This document shows positions 16,309 through 18,858 of a stretch of DNA of 18,858 bases, piece after piece. Each line of letters starts with the position of its first letter. The stretch's first letter is position 1. Position numbers and translations under genes: made by a program. A model generated the notes under the pieces. The model saw only the letters and a list, made by a program, of their open reading frames with translations. It had not been told where the DNA came from and made no database searches. Origin of the DNA: Candidatus Eiseniibacteriota bacterium (GTDB taxonomy: Bacteria > Eisenbacteria > RBG-16-71-46 > CAZEPH01); the NCBI GenBank assembly GCA_044229145.1, contig JBGATO010000069.1, forward strand, positions 1-18,858, given 5' to 3'.

Positions 16309-18141
16309 GTGAACCCAGAGGTCGCACGTCTCTATGAAGTTCCGATCGAATCTCAGAGATCGGGTGCTTTCTTCAACACCTTCTCATATCCCACGAAAAT
16401 CGACCCAGAAGTCGTTGCCCTCTTCGTCGCCACCCACCCACAGCCGGGTGACGTTGTGCTCGACACATTCGCGGGGAGCGGAACGACTGGAGTGGCGGTG
16501 GCGCTTTGCGACCAGCCAACCGCCAGGATGCGCGCTTTGGCCGCGGAAAAGCGCCTTCATCCTCATTGGGGCGCTCGCAAGGCGGTGCTCTACGAGTTGA
16601 GCCCACTCGGCGCGCTCCTGTCGCGTGTGCTCTCGTCCCCGCCAGACCCTGAAGAGTTCGTCGTGCACGCGGAGGCGCTGTGTGCTGCCGCGGAAAAGCG
16701 ATCCGGGTGGATGTACGCCACGGTGAGTCCCACGGGCGGGAGTGGCACATTGCGCCACGCTCTCTGGTCGGAGGTCCTCGACCTCCCGTGTTGCGGCGCA
16801 CATGTGACACTGTGGGAAGCCGCGACGCGGCGCGCTCCCGCCGCGCTACTCGACACGTTTCGCTGTCCGAAGTGCGGCGCGTCCATGCAGACCAACGCCT
16901 GCGCACGCGTCGAAAGACTCATGCCGGACACCGTTACCGGTCGCCCCGTCGTGCAGCGTGTTCGCGTGCCGGTCTGGATCTATGGCACATCTGGGAAAAG
17001 CCGCTGGTCTCGCCCCCCGACGCGCGACGATCTCCGCCAGATCCGGAGAGCCGAGAGCGCTCCCGTCGAAGACGTGCCAACTGGCCCGATCGCATGGGGC
17101 GACCTATATCGCGCCGGCTACCATCGCGGCATCACGCACTTCCACCATTTCTACTCGCCCAGGAACCTCCGCGCCTTGGGTGCGCTCTGGAGTGCGATTC
17201 CCGCAGCTCCGGCGGAAATGCAGGACGCACTGCGACTCCTGGTCCTCTCGTTCAACGCAACTCACGCGAGTCTGCTCGCACGCGTCGTCGCCAAGAAGAA
17301 CATGCCCGACTTCGTGACGACGGGCGCGCAATCGGGAGTGTTGTATGTGAGTGGTCTCCCTGTGGAGAAGAACGTATTCGCGGGGATTAGACGGAAGATC
17401 CCGACCTTTCACGAAGCGTTTCGGTTGACGCGAAATAGCGCGAGCGAGATTCGCGTCGAAAACGCATCGAGTACGCGTCTCGACCTTCCGGACAAGTCCG
17501 TCGACTTTGTCTTCACGGATCCACCATTCGGCGATTTCATTCCGTACGCGGAAGTGAACCAGCTAAACGAAGCCTGGCTCGGCCAATTCACCGACCGAAC
17601 CGCTGAAGCGATCATCAGCCCGGCACAGGGAAAGGGAATTCCCGAGTACGGCAGGTTGCTGCGCGAGGTCTTCAGGGAAATCGCGCGCGTACTCCGCCCC
17701 ACAGGGTCCGCAACTGTCATTTTTCACGCCAGCAAGTCTGCGATCTGGCAATCCTTCGGCGACGCCTTCGGCTCGAGCGGTCTTCAAGTTGAGCGCACGA
17801 CAATTCTCGACAAGACGCAGGTCAGCTTCAAGCAGGTGGTTTCACAAGGAGGGACTCGTGGCGACGCTGTGTTCCTCCTGCGTCCTTCACAGCAAGCACC
17901 GCGCGCCGCACAGGTCGCGAACAGCCAAATCATGTCCGAGACGATTCTCGCTGAGCTGGATGCCAGAGCTGGATCGAATCCGACGGAGGCCGCACCACAT
18001 CGGATGTACTCACGGTTTGTAGCACGATGCGTGGAACTCGGCGTAGGCGTTGGCTGGGACGCGCAGCAGTTCTACGTGCAGCTGAAGCGCCGGCGCGAAG
18101 CGATCACCGCAACGAACCCGCAATCCGCGATCGCGTCTTGA
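16309..18141 (+). CDS. Amino (probably N6-adenine) DNA methyltransferase with Zn-ribbon-like insert, alpha-type motif order (COG1743/PglXI-like architecture)
   Basis: GAGGAG RBS 5 nt before GTG 16309 (alternative start ATG 16246); SYPTK, PGDVVLDTFAGSGTTG (motif I), LPCCG...FRCPKCG, SVDFVFTDPPF (motif IV, 17518-17529), FREIARVLRPTG; 610 aa. Confidence 0.9.
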   Translation: MNPEVARLYEVPIESQRSGAFFNTFSYPTKIDPEVVALFVATHPQPGDVVLDTFAGSGTTGVAVALCDQPTARMRALAAEKRLHPHWGARKAVLYELSPLGALLSRVLSSPPDPEEFVVHAEALCAAAEKRSGWMYATVSPTGGSGTLRHALWSEVLDLPCCGAHVTLWEAATRRAPAALLDTFRCPKCGASMQTNACARVERLMPDTVTGRPVVQRVRVPVWIYGTSGKSRWSRPPTRDDLRQIRRAESAPVEDVPTGPIAWGDLYRAGYHRGITHFHHFYSPRNLRALGALWSAIPAAPAEMQDALRLLVLSFNATHASLLARVVAKKNMPDFVTTGAQSGVLYVSGLPVEKNVFAGIRRKIPTFHEAFRLTRNSASEIRVENASSTRLDLPDKSVDFVFTDPPFGDFIPYAEVNQLNEAWLGQFTDRTAEAIISPAQGKGIPEYGRLLREVFREIARVLRPTGSATVIFHASKSAIWQSFGDAFGSSGLQVERTTILDKTQVSFKQVVSQGGTRGDAVFLLRPSQQAPRAAQVANSQIMSETILAELDARAGSNPTEAAPHRMYSRFVARCVELGVGVGWDAQQFYVQLKRRREAITATNPQSAIAS

Positions 18142-18143
18142 CG

Positions 18144-18858
18144 ATGAACTCCGCCCCACTCTCACGCCGTAAGCGTCTCGGGCAATACTTCTCCGGAGAT
18201 CGGCTGGCGCGGCTGCTCGCGGCGCTCGCGGTGCGGAAAGGCTGCAGGCGTATTCTGGACCCTATGGCGGGTTCGGGTGACATGCTTGCCGCCTGTCTCG
18301 CGATGAACGGCCCAATCGAGTCCGTTTCAGCCGTTGATGTTGACGCCCGAGCAGCTGCAGCGTGCCGGCGGATGCTGCGCGCGCACTCGCTGGAGCACAA
18401 GGTCGTCACTGGAGATGCCTTCAAGGCGAACGCGTGGACGCACCTGCGCGGAACGTGGGACCTCGTCATCACCAATCCTCCGTTCGTGCGCTACCAGACA
18501 TACGGCTCCCGCGACCTGGCAGGCTCCGATCGAAGACGCGGCGATGTGGTTCGCCACGGCCTCATCGAGTGCATTCGCAGTACATCGTCCCTCGATGCAA
18601 ATGATCGCGACGTGTTCGAGCGGGTCGCACGCGACTACAGCGGCCTCGCGGACCTCGCGATCCCGTCGCTTATCCTTTGTGCCGCTCGCGTCGCGCGTGG
18701 CGGGCGGCTCGCAGCTGTCATACCCGACTCGTGCCTAACACGCAATTACGCTGCGCCGCTGTTGTACCTTCTCCGTCGGTTCTTCGAGTTCGAGTACATC
18801 GTCAGGGACCGAGACGCAGCCTGGTTTTCCGAAGCCCTCGTGCGGACCAATCTCATCG
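18144..18858 (+). CDS. N6-adenine DNA methyltransferase, gamma-type (TaqI/Eco57I/HsdM-like core), truncated by the right edge
   Basis: Not in the ORF track because it has no stop. ATG 18144, or TTG 18138 overlapping the upstream TGA. Translates RKRLGQYFS (motif X), ILDPMAGSGDML (I), AVDVD (II), GDAF (III), WDLVITNPPFVRYQ (IV, 18474-18485), GGRLAAVIPDSCL (VI), WFSEALVRTNLI (VIII); open to the end. Confidence 0.9.
   Translation, partial: MNSAPLSRRKRLGQYFSGDRLARLLAALAVRKGCRRILDPMAGSGDMLAACLAMNGPIESVSAVDVDARAAAACRRMLRAHSLEHKVVTGDAFKANAWTHLRGTWDLVITNPPFVRYQTYGSRDLAGSDRRRGDVVRHGLIECIRSTSSLDANDRDVFERVARDYSGLADLAIPSLILCAARVARGGRLAAVIPDSCLTRNYAAPLLYLLRRFFEFEYIVRDRDAAWFSEALVRTNLI

Noticed and set aside
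16309..18858. Assigning the MTases to BREX, DISARM or Type I RM
   Set aside because: No pglZ/brxC, drmA/B or hsdS/hsdR gene is in the window. Architecture similarity alone is insufficient.

Overview
High-GC bacterial chromosomal segment with about 17 real genes. Most other ORFs in the supplied track are shadow frames. Left to right: a partial secreted protein (-, runs off the left edge), a secreted MBL-fold hydrolase (+), a 59-aa helical protein, two RimJ/RimL-type GNAT acetyltransferases flanking a secreted protein with a T9SS/FlgD-like C-terminal domain, the ABC-F ATPase Uup, a DUF72 protein, an ICMT/Ste14-like membrane protein, a type-1 copper cupredoxin, a PduO-type cob(I)alamin adenosyltransferase, an LTxxQ (Spy/CpxP-like) exported protein, glutaryl-CoA dehydrogenase, thioredoxin reductase, an AAA_14/DUF4143 ATPase-nuclease and a large secreted tandem laminin-B-like/beta-propeller/FlgD-Ig protein. 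From about 16.2 kb the composition looks foreign and the DNA encodes two coupled amino-DNA methyltransferases of different classes. The second is absent from the ORF track and is truncated by the window edge. The C-terminal sorting-like domains plus high GC suggest an FCB-group candidate phylum (Eisenbacteria/Krumholzibacteriota/Latescibacterota-like; inference only). Best leads: (1) the Zn-ribbon alpha-type plus gamma-type methyltransferase pair, probably the start of a defence/RM-like island; (2) a perfect 14-bp inverted repeat covering a leaderless promoter and the start codon of the AAA/DUF4143 gene. No tRNA, rRNA, CRISPR array, integrase or transposase was seen.
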